A stretch of 64,000 nt of DNA from Nanobdellota archaeon (GCA_038046365.1 JBBSWF010000020.1:14201-78200); one strand, 5' to 3'. Counted from the first letter of the stretch, positions 37,495 to 48,253 are shown. The notes: generated by a model from the sequence alone, not told the origin. Translations and numbers: made by a program.

Positions 37495-38388
37495 CTAGAC
37501 CAAACCCATCCACAAACTAGGTATGCTCCGCTCGTGCTTCTCCTTGAAGAAGAAACCCTTGCCGCCATCGGCTGTCGGGCGCTCCACCACATTGACTCGC
37601 GGGCGGTAATGGTCGATCATGTCGAAGTTTGCTGTGGTGATGTTGAAGTTCTTCGCGCCGAGATTCCGAGAGATGGAGAGAGCCTTGAGAAAGACCTCAG
37701 GCATCATGACCGCGCAGCCGACATTGAGGACCACGCCTCCAGAGCTTTGGTCTCCGCCGAGATGGCAGACTGTATCAGTGAACTTGAGGAAGTCGTTGTA
37801 TGTCGCGAGGCCTAGTCTTGCGCCATCGCAGGCAGGATGCTGATGGATGATATCCGCGCCGATACCGACGTGGACCGTGTAAGGGATGCTCTTCTTCAAG
37901 CACTTGTAGGAGACGCTGAGGTCCTTTAGAGGGAGGTTCCGGTCTTCGATCATCTTGCCGTGGGCATAACCGTAACCTTTCTCGGCGTCCTTGTTGATCG
38001 CCTCGTTTATCCAGCGGCCAGTCTCCTCAGCCATGCCAAAAGAGCCGTCCTTGATCCTTGCGGCGACGTCCTCGCTAGTCTCGCCGCCGAAAGCCATCTC
38101 GAAATCATGGATCGAAGCAGCGCCGTTGGTGGCGAGATGCGTGATGAAACCCTTGTCGATGAGATCGACGATGTATCTCGAGAGACCCTGCTTGATAGCG
38201 TGGCCGCCCATCATGAAGATTATGGGCTTATTAGCTTTCTTAGCAGCCTTGATCCGCGCGATGAGATCCCTGAAGTCCACACTATCTATAGGATCAGGGA
38301 TGCTGGCGAGCGGCTTGACATCTGACAAGGATACCTTCGACGGGCGAGACTTGAGAGGGTAGGTGCGGATGCGGGAACGGTCGAACAT
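37495..38388 (-). CDS. Deoxyhypusine-synthase-fold hypothetical protein (GSU2086-like)
   Basis: MGGHAIK.G, ATNGAASIHDFE, GSFGMAEETG, VHVGIGADIIHQHP, MPEVFLKALS. Confidence 0.75.
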   Translation of the reverse strand: MFDRSRIRTYPLKSRPSKVSLSDVKPLASIPDPIDSVDFRDLIARIKAAKKANKPIIFMMGGHAIKQGLSRYIVDLIDKGFITHLATNGAASIHDFEMAFGGETSEDVAARIKDGSFGMAEETGRWINEAINKDAEKGYGYAHGKMIEDRNLPLKDLSVSYKCLKKSIPYTVHVGIGADIIHQHPACDGARLGLATYNDFLKFTDTVCHLGGDQSSGGVVLNVGCAVMMPEVFLKALSISRNLGAKNFNITTANFDMIDHYRPRVNVVERPTADGGKGFFFKEKHERSIPSLWMGLV

Positions 38389-38434
38389 AAGAGACTGAAG
38401 GAGAACGTCATATTTAAATCCCAATATATTCCCA

Positions 38435-41266
38435 ATGAGTAATATGCCTAAAGCGATTATCCCTCCAGAACAGAACGAGACGGAATCGCAGACCCGGATC
38501 ACCAAAATCAATGTCTCCCTTGAAGAGGCTGGCTGGAAAGTTCGAAGCAAGGCCATGGTCTGGGAAGAGGCAGATACCTTACAGTCAGATTTCAGGAGCG
38601 GAAACTACCTCACCCATGATGACACTTATGAAAATGAACAACAAAGCCGTTACGCAGATTATCTCCTCCTTGACTCAAAAGGTAATCCGTTGGCGGTAAT
38701 AGAGGCAAAAAAGACGACCAAGGACCCAGTAACCGGGCAAAAACAGGCAGAGGGCTACGTTGACGATATCAAGAAACAGACCGGGAAAGACCTGTTTATC
38801 TTCTTCACAAACGGTTATGAAATCTGGTTCTGGAACAGGCCATATGAGAACCCGCGATTAGTGAAGGGATTCCATAGCCGAGAAGACCTTGAGAACATCC
38901 GATTCCAGAACGAATCAAAGAAGGAGCTGTCTGACATACCTATCAGGACTGAAATCGTCAACCGCCCTTATCAGATTGAAGCCGTGAAAAGAGTCCTTGG
39001 AGGAATACAAAAAGGCAAAAGAAAATTCCTGATAGTCCAAGCCACTGGAACCGGGAAGACAAGGGTCGCGATGGCCTTGATTGATATATTGAAACGCTCG
39101 CATCGCGCAGAGCGGATCCTATTTCTCGCAGATAGAAAAGCCCTGAGAGACCAGGCATTTGATGAAGGGTTCAAAGAATGGTTGCCTGAAGAATCCCGGT
39201 CAAAGATATTTGGAGGAAGCCTTGATAAAAACGCGAAACTCTACGCTTCTACAATCCAGACATTTATGGAATGTTACAAGGAGTTCTCTATCGGCGCTTT
39301 TGACCTGATAATCTCTGACGAAGCACATAGGTCGATCTATAACAAATGGAAGGAGGTGTTCACGTATTTTGACGCAATCCAGATCGGTTTGACCGCAACC
39401 CCCTCAGATCTTATCGAAAAAGACACGTTCAAGTTCTTCCAGTGTGATGGGCAGCAACCGACCTTCCTGTATACATACGACCAAGCGAAAAAAGAAGGGT
39501 GGCTATGCGACTTCAAGCGATGGGAAGCGCAGACACATTTCCAGATCGAAGGAGTCAAGCCATCAGACATCCCAGACTCGATAAAGGCAAGACTAGCAGA
39601 GCAGGGCCTTGACGAGGAGGATATGGCCTGGGATGGGTCCTCCATAGAAAAAGAAGTGGCGGTGGTCGGCACGAACGAGGCTATCGTCAAGGAATTCATG
39701 GAGAACTGCATCAGAGACGAGACTGAAACACCTGCAAAAACTATAATATTCGCTGTGTCAAAAAAACATGCGAAAAGGATCTGGGAAGCTTTCGAGCGTC
39801 TCCATCCAGAATATAAAGGCAGACTTGCCCGGATAATAACCTCGGATGACAGCAGCGCGCAAAAGTTGCTGAAAGATTTCAAGACCGAAACGTACCCGCG
39901 GATAGCCATCTCGGTAGATATGCTAGACACAGGCGTAGACATCCCAGAGGTATGCAATCTAGTATTCGCCAAACCGGTCTTCTCCAAGATAAAATTCTGG
40001 CAGATGATCGGACGTGGCACAAGGAATGACGAAGCATGCAAAAAGAAAGAATGGATGCCTGGAGGTAAAAAAGAGTATTTCCTGATATTCGATTTCTGGA
40101 ACAATTTCGAGTTCTTCCAGATGAAGCCAGCTGGAAGAGAAGAAAAACCGACTGAAGCGATCGCTACCCGAATATTCAGGACACGGATCGAACAATTGAA
40201 GGATTTCATAAGCCAGGGAGATAAGAAGAGAGCCGACGAGGTCAAGAAGAGAATAAATCAAGACATCACGAGCCTTCCGCTGAAATCCGCATCATTGAAA
40301 GAACATATGAACGATATCGAAACCGCACTATCAGACGACTTCTGGGATAACGTAGGGATCGAACCAGTTAAATTCCTATCAGAGAGGATCAGACCATTGA
40401 TGAGGTTCCAGACAGATATCAATCTCAACAAGGCATCGTTCATACTGAAATGCGAGAGGCTCGGACTGGCAAGCCTACGCTCAGAAGAGCAAGGCATGGA
40501 AGAGCTAAAGGAGGGTATTGTGGCAGACATAAACCTCCTGCCAAAAACTCTCGACAAGGTCAAGGACAAGAAAGAGATGATATCCCGGGCGGTCAGCAAA
40601 GAATTCTGGGAAAAAGTCTCATATGATAACGCACAAGAGTTGATACGAGAACTCGGACAGGTAATCACATACAAGAGGAAAGAGGTCAAGAAGACTATCG
40701 TGCTGGACATAGATGATGTCGTCAAGCAACGCCGACTCATCGAGTACGGCCTTGAACCAAAACAAGAGTATGTCGATACCTATATCGAGAAAGTCGAGAG
40801 CCATATCAAGGAATTGGCGAGATCTGACACCACGATCAAGAAGATAGAAGCCGGCGAGCCGCTCGATGAAGAAGACCTCACCAAACTCGAAAAAAAGCTC
40901 AACAGCCCAGAGCTTTTCATAACCGAAGAAGTCATGCAGAAAGCGTATGAAAAGAGCAAAGGGACGCTGGTGCAATTCATAAAAAAGATACTCGGCCTCT
41001 ATGAGTTCCCTGACCCCAAGAAGCGGATCGAAGAAGAATTCAAGACCTTCATGATCGCGAACAACCAGTCTTACAACGCGGACCAGATCAATTTCTTACG
41101 GGCCATACAGACAGTCTTCGCAAAGAAGAAGCACATAGAATACGCCGACCTGTTCGACCCGCCATTCACGAACTTCGGGACACAGGCACCGGTACCCCTA
41201 TTCTCCAAAGAACAGCTCATCGACATAATCAAGCTATGCGATGAACTGGAAAATGAAGTTTTTTAG
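38435..41266 (+). CDS. hsdR: Type I restriction enzyme R subunit
   Basis: [14 protein letters not shown] nuclease motif, [35 protein letters not shown]. Confidence 0.97.
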   Translation: MSNMPKAIIPPEQNETESQTRITKINVSLEEAGWKVRSKAMVWEEADTLQSDFRSGNYLTHDDTYENEQQSRYADYLLLDSKGNPLAVIEAKKTTKDPVTGQKQAEGYVDDIKKQTGKDLFIFFTNGYEIWFWNRPYENPRLVKGFHSREDLENIRFQNESKKELSDIPIRTEIVNRPYQIEAVKRVLGGIQKGKRKFLIVQATGTGKTRVAMALIDILKRSHRAERILFLADRKALRDQAFDEGFKEWLPEESRSKIFGGSLDKNAKLYASTIQTFMECYKEFSIGAFDLIISDEAHRSIYNKWKEVFTYFDAIQIGLTATPSDLIEKDTFKFFQCDGQQPTFLYTYDQAKKEGWLCDFKRWEAQTHFQIEGVKPSDIPDSIKARLAEQGLDEEDMAWDGSSIEKEVAVVGTNEAIVKEFMENCIRDETETPAKTIIFAVSKKHAKRIWEAFERLHPEYKGRLARIITSDDSSAQKLLKDFKTETYPRIAISVDMLDTGVDIPEVCNLVFAKPVFSKIKFWQMIGRGTRNDEACKKKEWMPGGKKEYFLIFDFWNNFEFFQMKPAGREEKPTEAIATRIFRTRIEQLKDFISQGDKKRADEVKKRINQDITSLPLKSASLKEHMNDIETALSDDFWDNVGIEPVKFLSERIRPLMRFQTDINLNKASFILKCERLGLASLRSEEQGMEELKEGIVADINLLPKTLDKVKDKKEMISRAVSKEFWEKVSYDNAQELIRELGQVITYKRKEVKKTIVLDIDDVVKQRRLIEYGLEPKQEYVDTYIEKVESHIKELARSDTTIKKIEAGEPLDEEDLTKLEKKLNSPELFITEEVMQKAYEKSKGTLVQFIKKILGLYEFPDPKKRIEEEFKTFMIANNQSYNADQINFLRAIQTVFAKKKHIEYADLFDPPFTNFGTQAPVPLFSKEQLIDIIKLCDELENEVF

Positions 41267-41267
41267 A

Positions 41268-41304
41268 TATTTGTTTACAAATCTAGCTTATTTGTAAACA
41301 AATA
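41268..41304. promoter_or_regulatory. 15-bp perfect inverted repeat (operator or terminator) between hsdR and the RHH-like gene
   Basis: TATTTGTTTACAAAT-N7-ATTTGTAAACAAATA next to a TATA-like TTTATAA. Confidence 0.7.
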
Positions 41305-41336
41305 GATATTTATAATAGATTCACTAATCGGCCTAT

Positions 41337-41756
41337 ATGACTTCACAAGAGTGGACCACCATATCTGTAAAGGTGACCAAGCAACAGAAGCAACTCATCG
41401 AACGGATATGCGAAAAGAATGGCAAGTCGGTCAACAAGCTTCTGAGCGGAATGATAGAACGGGAACTCAAACCTATGAGTGACCCCTCGTGTTTCCCAGA
41501 AAACCAGGGGATACCCCTAATCGGCGAGAACCGATTCTCCTACCTGCCTGAGAAAGACCAGTTCATCTGGAAGATAGATCTTGGCGTCCACGGATCCTCA
41601 ATACTCAGCGAAGAAGTCACGCCCGCATACCTTAAGAGCCTGTCCTCTGCAGTAGCGGAAGGCATCAAGCAGAGAGAGGATTTCAACGATAAACTGAATA
41701 GGGGCGCGGTCGTCCCGAAGAAACTCATCAAACTTGGGGTGAAACGCCGATGTTAG
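41337..41756 (+). CDS. Hypothetical protein with N-terminal ribbon-helix-helix-like motif
   Basis: TTISVKVT..QKQLIERIC...GKSVNKLL; overlaps the hsdM start. Confidence 0.7.
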   Translation: MTSQEWTTISVKVTKQQKQLIERICEKNGKSVNKLLSGMIERELKPMSDPSCFPENQGIPLIGENRFSYLPEKDQFIWKIDLGVHGSSILSEEVTPAYLKSLSSAVAEGIKQREDFNDKLNRGAVVPKKLIKLGVKRRC

Positions 41757-43234
41757 CGCCTGAACTGAAATCAAGGATCAACAAACTCTGGGACAAATTC
41801 TGGGCAGGAGGACTGGCAAACCCGCTGACAGCGATAGAGCAGATATCATACCTCATCTTCCTCCGACGGCTCGAAGACCTGGACGACCAGGAAGCAAAGA
41901 GAGCCGAGGCCCTGAAACATATCCACGCGTCGGTCTTCAAAGGCCACGAAGACTGCCGATGGTCGCACTGGAAACACTACAACGCTGAAGATATGCTGGT
42001 CCACGTCAGAGATAAGGTGTTCCCATTCCTGAAGAACATACAGAAGGGAGAGGACGGCGAGTTCTCAAGGCAGATGCAGGACGCGATATTCCTGATACCC
42101 AAACCATCACTGTTACAAGAAGCGGTCAGTATAGTAGACGAGCTGAACATCACCGCACGGAACCAGGACACACAGGGAGACATCTACGAATACCTACTGT
42201 CTGAACTCAACCAGGCCGGAAAAGCCGGGCAATTCAGGACCCCTCGCCATATAATCAGGATGATGGTAGAGATCGTGAATCCACAGTTTGGAGAGAAAAT
42301 ATGCGATCCGGCGTGCGGAACAGCCGGCTTCCTGATAAACGCCTATCAGCACATCCTGAAGATCAACACATCGCCCGAGACTGTCAAGTATGATGCAGAA
42401 GGCGTGGCATACAATCTTGTCGGGGACAAGATAACCGACAAGAAACAGTGGGAGGCTCTGCGACGGAATACATTGTATGGGTTCGATTTCGACCCGACGA
42501 TGGTCAGGATCGCCTCCATGAATATGATACTGCACGGGATAGAACACCCCAACATCAAGCGGTTCGACACGCTATCCAAGGCATTTGAACACATAGCCAC
42601 ATATGACGTGATACTCGCCAACCCGCCATTCACGGGAAGCATCGACTCCTCTGACATAAGCGCGGAGTTCAAGCTGAACACCACAAAGACCGAACTGCTG
42701 TTCTTAGAGCTGTTCCATAACCTCCTGGAGATCGGCGGACGATGCGCGGTGATAGTCCCGAACGGAGTGCTGTTTGGATCATCCAAGGCACACGTCCAGA
42801 TAAGAAAACTGCTCCTTGAGAAGTGCCAGATGGAAGCGGTGATCTCCATGCCATCAGGGGTATTCAAGCCCTATTCCGGCGTAGGGACCGCAGTTATAGT
42901 GTTCACGAAAGGCGGACAGACCAAAGACGTCTGGTTCTACGACATGAAATCAGACGGGTTCTCCCTCGATGACAAGCGAGATCTCATAGACGGGAAAGGT
43001 GACATACCAGACATCGTCGAACGATTCAAGAACAAGCAGAGCGGAGAGAACAGCATAATCGTCTCATTCGAAGATATCAGGAGCAATGACTATAACCTGT
43101 CCATATCTCGGTATAAAGAAGTCAAACACGAAGAGGTCGTCTATGAAAAACCTGAGGCTATCATCGAACGGGTGATGAAGAGAGAAGAGGAGATCACTAA
43201 AGAGCTTGCCGAACTCAAACGGATTATAAAATGA
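41750..43234 (+). CDS. hsdM: Type I RM methyltransferase M subunit
   Basis: GDIYEYLL, GQFRTPRH, DPACGTAGFL, ANPPF, VPNGVLF. Confidence 0.97.
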   Translation: MLAPELKSRINKLWDKFWAGGLANPLTAIEQISYLIFLRRLEDLDDQEAKRAEALKHIHASVFKGHEDCRWSHWKHYNAEDMLVHVRDKVFPFLKNIQKGEDGEFSRQMQDAIFLIPKPSLLQEAVSIVDELNITARNQDTQGDIYEYLLSELNQAGKAGQFRTPRHIIRMMVEIVNPQFGEKICDPACGTAGFLINAYQHILKINTSPETVKYDAEGVAYNLVGDKITDKKQWEALRRNTLYGFDFDPTMVRIASMNMILHGIEHPNIKRFDTLSKAFEHIATYDVILANPPFTGSIDSSDISAEFKLNTTKTELLFLELFHNLLEIGGRCAVIVPNGVLFGSSKAHVQIRKLLLEKCQMEAVISMPSGVFKPYSGVGTAVIVFTKGGQTKDVWFYDMKSDGFSLDDKRDLIDGKGDIPDIVERFKNKQSGENSIIVSFEDIRSNDYNLSISRYKEVKHEEVVYEKPEAIIERVMKREEEITKELAELKRIIK

Positions 43235-44568
43235 CACTCAAAGAGACAGAAACACTGGAACTCAAAAAATCCACAGCAGAACTAAAAGACGGCATAATCT
43301 CAATAGTTGCCATTTTGAATAAACACAACAAAGGAATACTCTATTTTGGCGTAAAAAACAATGGCGAACCAATAGGGCAATCCATATCAGATGCTACACT
43401 CAGAGAGATCTCCCAAACAATATCCAGTAACATAGAACCAAAAATATACCCAGAAATCCATACCGAAAGCTTAAACGATAAAAAATGCATAAAATTGTCA
43501 TTCGAAGGCCATGACCAACCATACCTAGCATATGGTAGGGCCTACACTAGGGTCGCTGATGAAGACAAACAACTATCAGCCAAAGAACTAGAAAACCTGA
43601 TAATGCGCAAAAACAGCGAACACCTAAATTGGGATGGAGAACCATGCAAAACAGCAAAAATCACAGACGTAAACACCAACCGAATCAAAACATTCCTAAA
43701 AACAACAGGGAAGAAATACGACTCTGTACAAAACGTGCTAGAAAAACTCCACCTACTAAAAGGATCTTACCTGACCAACGCCGCAATAGCACTATTCGGC
43801 AAAGATCCAGACAAATACTTCATGAATGTCTATCTTAGATGCGCCACCTTCGCCACAGAAGACACCACAGTGCCACTTGACATGCAAGACTTCCATGGCG
43901 ATGTATTCAGCTTGATAGACAAAGCAGAATCGTACATACTCAAAAATATCCACATAGGTATGAGATTAGAAGGCTTACGAAGAGTTGATGTGCCTGAGAT
44001 CAACAGAGATGCTATCCGAGAAGCGATTTTGAATGCATTTTGCCATAGAGACTATAAAAGAATGGACTCGGTGGATGTCGCCGTGTTCAAAGACAAGGTA
44101 GAGATACGAAGCCCAGGACTATTAATAGACAATCTGACCATAGAAGAAATAAGATCGAAACAAGTATCTGTAAGAAGGAATCCACTGATCGCACGCATCT
44201 TCAAGGAAGGAAACCTAATCGAAAGCTGGGGAACAGGCATCAAGAAGATGATGACCCTAGAACCCACCCTGCAAATGGAGGAGTTAGGCTCTTACTTTAT
44301 CGTCAGATTTCTTAGACCGAGAGGGGCAGAACATTCAGGAAAGGTCCTAGAAAAGGTCCTAGAAAAGGTCCTAGAAAAGGTCACTAAAAACCAGAAGAGA
44401 ATCCTCGAAGAAATATCAAAAAACAACACCCTAACAAGCAGAGAGCTAGCCAAAATCGTAGGAATCTCCGAGAGAAAAATCAGGGTAAACATCGCCAAAC
44501 TCAAGACCAAAGGACTACTAAGAAGAATAGGACCTGACAAAGGCGGACACTGGGAGATCATCAAATGA
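43231..44568 (+). CDS. AlbA_2 (Schlafen-like) plus HATPase-like plus wHTH protein (RecG C-terminal-like family)
   Basis: ETETLELKKS, A.LN..G.LYFGV.N.G, REAILNAFCHRDY, RNPLIA, ESWGTGI, RIGPDKGGHW. Confidence 0.9.
   Translation: MTLKETETLELKKSTAELKDGIISIVAILNKHNKGILYFGVKNNGEPIGQSISDATLREISQTISSNIEPKIYPEIHTESLNDKKCIKLSFEGHDQPYLAYGRAYTRVADEDKQLSAKELENLIMRKNSEHLNWDGEPCKTAKITDVNTNRIKTFLKTTGKKYDSVQNVLEKLHLLKGSYLTNAAIALFGKDPDKYFMNVYLRCATFATEDTTVPLDMQDFHGDVFSLIDKAESYILKNIHIGMRLEGLRRVDVPEINRDAIREAILNAFCHRDYKRMDSVDVAVFKDKVEIRSPGLLIDNLTIEEIRSKQVSVRRNPLIARIFKEGNLIESWGTGIKKMMTLEPTLQMEELGSYFIVRFLRPRGAEHSGKVLEKVLEKVLEKVTKNQKRILEEISKNNTLTSRELAKIVGISERKIRVNIAKLKTKGLLRRIGPDKGGHWEIIK
44340..44382 (+). repeat. 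In-frame 12-bp tandem repeat (AAAGGTCCTAGA x3.6; KVLE)
   Basis: Lies immediately before the wHTH-coding segment. Confidence 0.9.
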
Positions 44569-44887
44569 AACAATCTGATCCGCATAAGGCAGTGTGTAGG
44601 GTATGCAACAAGAAGTCCAAGGAATCTCCTTGCGAGAACTGCGCATATCTGATAAAAAATGGCGCAAGCGAAGAAACCATCAAAAAGATGCTAGGAGACA
44701 AACGAGTCAACAAGATATGGGAAGAGAACAAAGAAACTACGGATTCAACACATTCTGCGAAGGCATAAACATGACACTGGATATAATCATGCCGCTGCTG
44801 GACAAAGAATCACAAAAGAAAATCAAGGCAAAAATACTTATGATGATGGAATCGAGATACATGCGCAAGGAGAAGAAGAGAAAATGA
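44565..44887 (+). pseudogene. Frameshifted or internally deleted small Cys-containing protein
   Basis: CRVC..CENC frame switches near 44735 to YGFNTFCEG..IIMPLLDK; paralogous remnant at 54683. Confidence 0.55.
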
Positions 44888-45522
44888 ATACTACCCCTAT
44901 TGCTCTAAGTAAGAATTTTTATGTTCTCACTAACGATCAGACTCATCAGGTATTTGACAAAAGAGATAAAAAATCTCACCCTCTTACAGAATTAGAGACC
45001 AAGATTATTATCTATGAAGATAGAGTTAAACATTGGTTTTTGCAGATAGCGGAGAATCTGAAGAATGATAATGAAGCTGGATTTGTAATTCTTTCCATAG
45101 CAATAGCTTACATAGAGGGAAACCAGCAGTTTAGGGATGGAAAGAGTAGTGCTCCTCAGTTTAAAAATGGAAAGCGTATTGCCGGGAAGTCAGAGAAGTT
45201 CTTTATTAAGGGGATGAGAAGAATTTTTGACAAAGAAGATGTACCAAAGCCCATACTTAAAAGTTATTATGGTCAAATACGATGCGGACTTTTTCATGAT
45301 GGGATGACTAAGAAAAATGTAGTTATTTCCTGTGAGTTCCCAAATCCGATCAGCTATACTGGAAGCCAAGATGGACAGAATGGTGTGATTATGATAAATC
45401 CGCATAAGTTTCTCGATAAGCTCACAGAAGATTTTGAGGGATATATTTCTGAACTGAAAGCCGGTTCTGATACTGAAATTATTAAGAATTTTGAAACAAG
45501 GTGGCAATTAGAAAATGCATAA
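44884..45522 (+). CDS. Hypothetical protein with HEPN-like RxxxxH motif
   Basis: Helical protein with IRCGLFHDG; AT-rich, overlaps the hsdS start. Confidence 0.65.
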   Translation: MNTTPIALSKNFYVLTNDQTHQVFDKRDKKSHPLTELETKIIIYEDRVKHWFLQIAENLKNDNEAGFVILSIAIAYIEGNQQFRDGKSSAPQFKNGKRIAGKSEKFFIKGMRRIFDKEDVPKPILKSYYGQIRCGLFHDGMTKKNVVISCEFPNPISYTGSQDGQNGVIMINPHKFLDKLTEDFEGYISELKAGSDTEIIKNFETRWQLENA

Positions 45523-46705
45523 ATTACCTAAAAATTGGGAATGGAAAAAATTAGGGAATATCTGTACGAGTAAAGCCCAATATGGTTCTGGTGCTAAAAA
45601 GGCAGATTTTGATGGTAAAGTGAGGTATATAAGAATTACAGATATTGAGGATAATGGAAATTTAAAAAATGATGAATTTGTCTCTCCCTCTTTGACAGAG
45701 GAGGAGTGCTTTTTAGAAAAAGATGATTTACTTTTTGCACGTTCCGGTTCAGTTGGTAGAACTTATCTTCATTCCAAAAATGATCTAAAGTACCAATTTG
45801 CGGGTTATCTTATCAGGTTCAAAATAAACCCCAAGATTGCTGATGCGAAGTATGTTTTTTATATAACTAAGTCAAAATACTACTTAAGTTGGGTTGAATC
45901 TTTAAAACGAAATGTAACAATCTCAAACATAAATGCAAAAGAGTATTCTTCGTTAGAAATCCCCGTCCCCCCTCTACCCGTCCAAAAGGAGATAGTCGCA
46001 ATCCTCGAACGAGCAGAAGCACTCAAACAAAAAAGAGAACAAGCCAACAAAGACACCAACACAATAATCCAAAGCCGGTTCTACGAGATGTTTGGTGATC
46101 CGATAAAATCTGATAAATGTGAATCTTTACCAATTTCTGCGGTTACCAGCTTTGTTTCTTATGGGTTCACACGCCCTATGCCTCATTTGGACAAAGGAAT
46201 TCCCATTATAACCTCAAAAAATGTTTTTTCGGGGTTTATTAACTATGATCAAGTGGACTTTACTGATGAAAAATCCTTTTCGGAATTATCAAAAAAGGAT
46301 CGCCCGATAATGGGCGATATCTTATATACAAAGGATGGCAGAATTGGGGAAGCTGCATTAGTGAAGATAAACTCCCCTTTTTGTATAAGTCAGGCAGTGG
46401 CTATACTAAGACCTATCCCAAACAAGATCAACCCGCTTTTCTTTGAGTCCTTACTAAATTCCGACAAGTTCAAAAAAGTGGTTAACTCAATGGCTTATGG
46501 CGTTGCATTGAAACATATCTCAATAACAAAACTAGGGGCATTAAACATCGTTGTCCCCCCCATTGAGCGTCAAAATCTATTTGCTTCATTCGTTGAGATG
46601 GTATGTTCACTAAAACGAAAGCAGAATGATGTGAACTCGGAGATTAATGTACTTTTCGACGCGCTGATGCAGAAGGCGTTCAATGGGGAGTTGTCTTCGG
46701 GGTGA
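45515..46705 (+). CDS. hsdS: Type I RM specificity subunit
   Basis: LPKNWEWKKLG, two TRDs, IPVPPLPVQKEIV and VPPIERQ..F, LMQKAFNGEL. Confidence 0.96.
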   Translation: MHKLPKNWEWKKLGNICTSKAQYGSGAKKADFDGKVRYIRITDIEDNGNLKNDEFVSPSLTEEECFLEKDDLLFARSGSVGRTYLHSKNDLKYQFAGYLIRFKINPKIADAKYVFYITKSKYYLSWVESLKRNVTISNINAKEYSSLEIPVPPLPVQKEIVAILERAEALKQKREQANKDTNTIIQSRFYEMFGDPIKSDKCESLPISAVTSFVSYGFTRPMPHLDKGIPIITSKNVFSGFINYDQVDFTDEKSFSELSKKDRPIMGDILYTKDGRIGEAALVKINSPFCISQAVAILRPIPNKINPLFFESLLNSDKFKKVVNSMAYGVALKHISITKLGALNIVVPPIERQNLFASFVEMVCSLKRKQNDVNSEINVLFDALMQKAFNGELSSG

Positions 46706-46713
46706 GCGAATAA

Positions 46714-47119
46714 ATGACGATCCTCTACATCGATACAAACATCCTCCTGAACGCCGCCTTAGAGGAAAAGAACCTGACCGGCAAAGACCTAGCGACCCCC
46801 GCCTCCCGCCTATTCCTCGAAGCGCTCACCTGCAAATACACACTCCTTATATCATCATGGACTATCAAAGAAATGATGAGAAAGATACCAATCGAACACA
46901 TCCGGTCAACGATGGCGATATTGAACCCAAAAATCAGACAATGCCCATATGACCAACAAGATGAAGCGTCAGCCCGCGCCAGATCAAAGGATAATTTTCC
47001 TGATGCATTACATATAATAATCGCCGAAAAAAAAGGCGGATTACATAATCACTCGAGATCTGCATGATTTTCTTAAGATTGGGACACGGATCCCGATAAG
47101 AACGCCGGAGTCACTTTAA
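46714..47119 (+). pseudogene. PIN-domain (VapC-like) toxin frameshifted in an A8 tract
   Basis: YIDTNILL, E, DALHIIIAE, then after the A8 run (47027-34) ADYIITRD..F..TPE in another frame. Confidence 0.8.
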
Positions 47120-48253
47120 TCCAACTTGCTCGAAGAGCCACTCTTGGAATCTCTTATGGCCCAGTTCCTTCTCTTTTCGAGTCAGTTCCGCTATTCCCGC
47201 TTTTTTCTCTTCAGGAGATAATTCTCTCGCAGAACCCTGCAAAACCTTAAGTTTCCGACCGATCTCATCGTCAGGGAGCTCATATTTAGGAAGGGCCTCA
47301 TATAATGAGTCCATAGATTCCAAACACGTCTCCTTCAACTCATTCAACCGTTCGAAGAAATAGTCTTTCAACAGTTCCTTGTCGAAAAAACGTGTCAGTG
47401 AATCATATAATTCATATGTCGCCACTAACTGCCAAACGTTGTTGAAATTCTCAATCACAATAGGCTTCGATTGGTTGATCTCATCAACTGAGCCATGCCT
47501 TAGAATCTGTAACACGCTTGAACAGAAATCATCCACCAAAGCGATTATCCATGAATTAAACTCCTTTCTCTCCAGATTGAATATGAAATTGTTTAGAGCC
47601 TCACGAATCTTGTTCTTATTCTTAGGATCATTATAATCGAAATAGGTCAAATAGTATGATAAATCCTCCTTTACCAGATAGAGAGGTTTCTTCTTCTTCT
47701 CATATTGATGTCTTCTAATCTTGTAGGAGGCATCACAGCACCCACAATATTCCTTGCATACCCCTCTAATGTATCCCACCTTCGGAGTCTCATCGATCGG
47801 AGGCCCATAATCCTGATCCGAATCAAATGGGAGCATAAGGATCTCTCCGTACAGATACCAGCCTCTAGGAACCTCAGGGTGAAGTTCTTCAATCACATCC
47901 ACTGCGATCTTCTGCATCAATGTCTTCGACAAAGGTTTGTCACAGATAGAAGGCCAGACTTTGAGTACTGTCGCATAAACCTTCTTGATACGCTCTTTGG
48001 ACTCCGCGCTTAACGGAATCGAAAACAGGGTGTCTGATTTGTAAGACCTCATCTTCTGATAGACTACTTTTCCGTTCTCCTCTAATCGCCGAAGCACATC
48101 TATCTTAACAAAAACTTCAACATGCCGCTTGACACTATCGTAACTGACACCTGCCTCTTTGGCGATGTCCTGTATGCTCATAGATCTACCTGCGTGCGAA
48201 GAAAGAACCTCCAAAATTTTCTGCGACACCTCACCTGCTGCGCGCTTGCCCAT
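47111..48253 (-). CDS. HTH-domain protein with possible Panacea/SocA-like central domain
   Basis: MSIQDIAKEAGVSYDSVKRHV; LSKTLMQK..PRGWYLYG. Confidence 0.65.
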   Translation of the reverse strand: MGKRAAGEVSQKILEVLSSHAGRSMSIQDIAKEAGVSYDSVKRHVEVFVKIDVLRRLEENGKVVYQKMRSYKSDTLFSIPLSAESKERIKKVYATVLKVWPSICDKPLSKTLMQKIAVDVIEELHPEVPRGWYLYGEILMLPFDSDQDYGPPIDETPKVGYIRGVCKEYCGCCDASYKIRRHQYEKKKKPLYLVKEDLSYYLTYFDYNDPKNKNKIREALNNFIFNLERKEFNSWIIALVDDFCSSVLQILRHGSVDEINQSKPIVIENFNNVWQLVATYELYDSLTRFFDKELLKDYFFERLNELKETCLESMDSLYEALPKYELPDDEIGRKLKVLQGSARELSPEEKKAGIAELTRKEKELGHKRFQEWLFEQVGLK

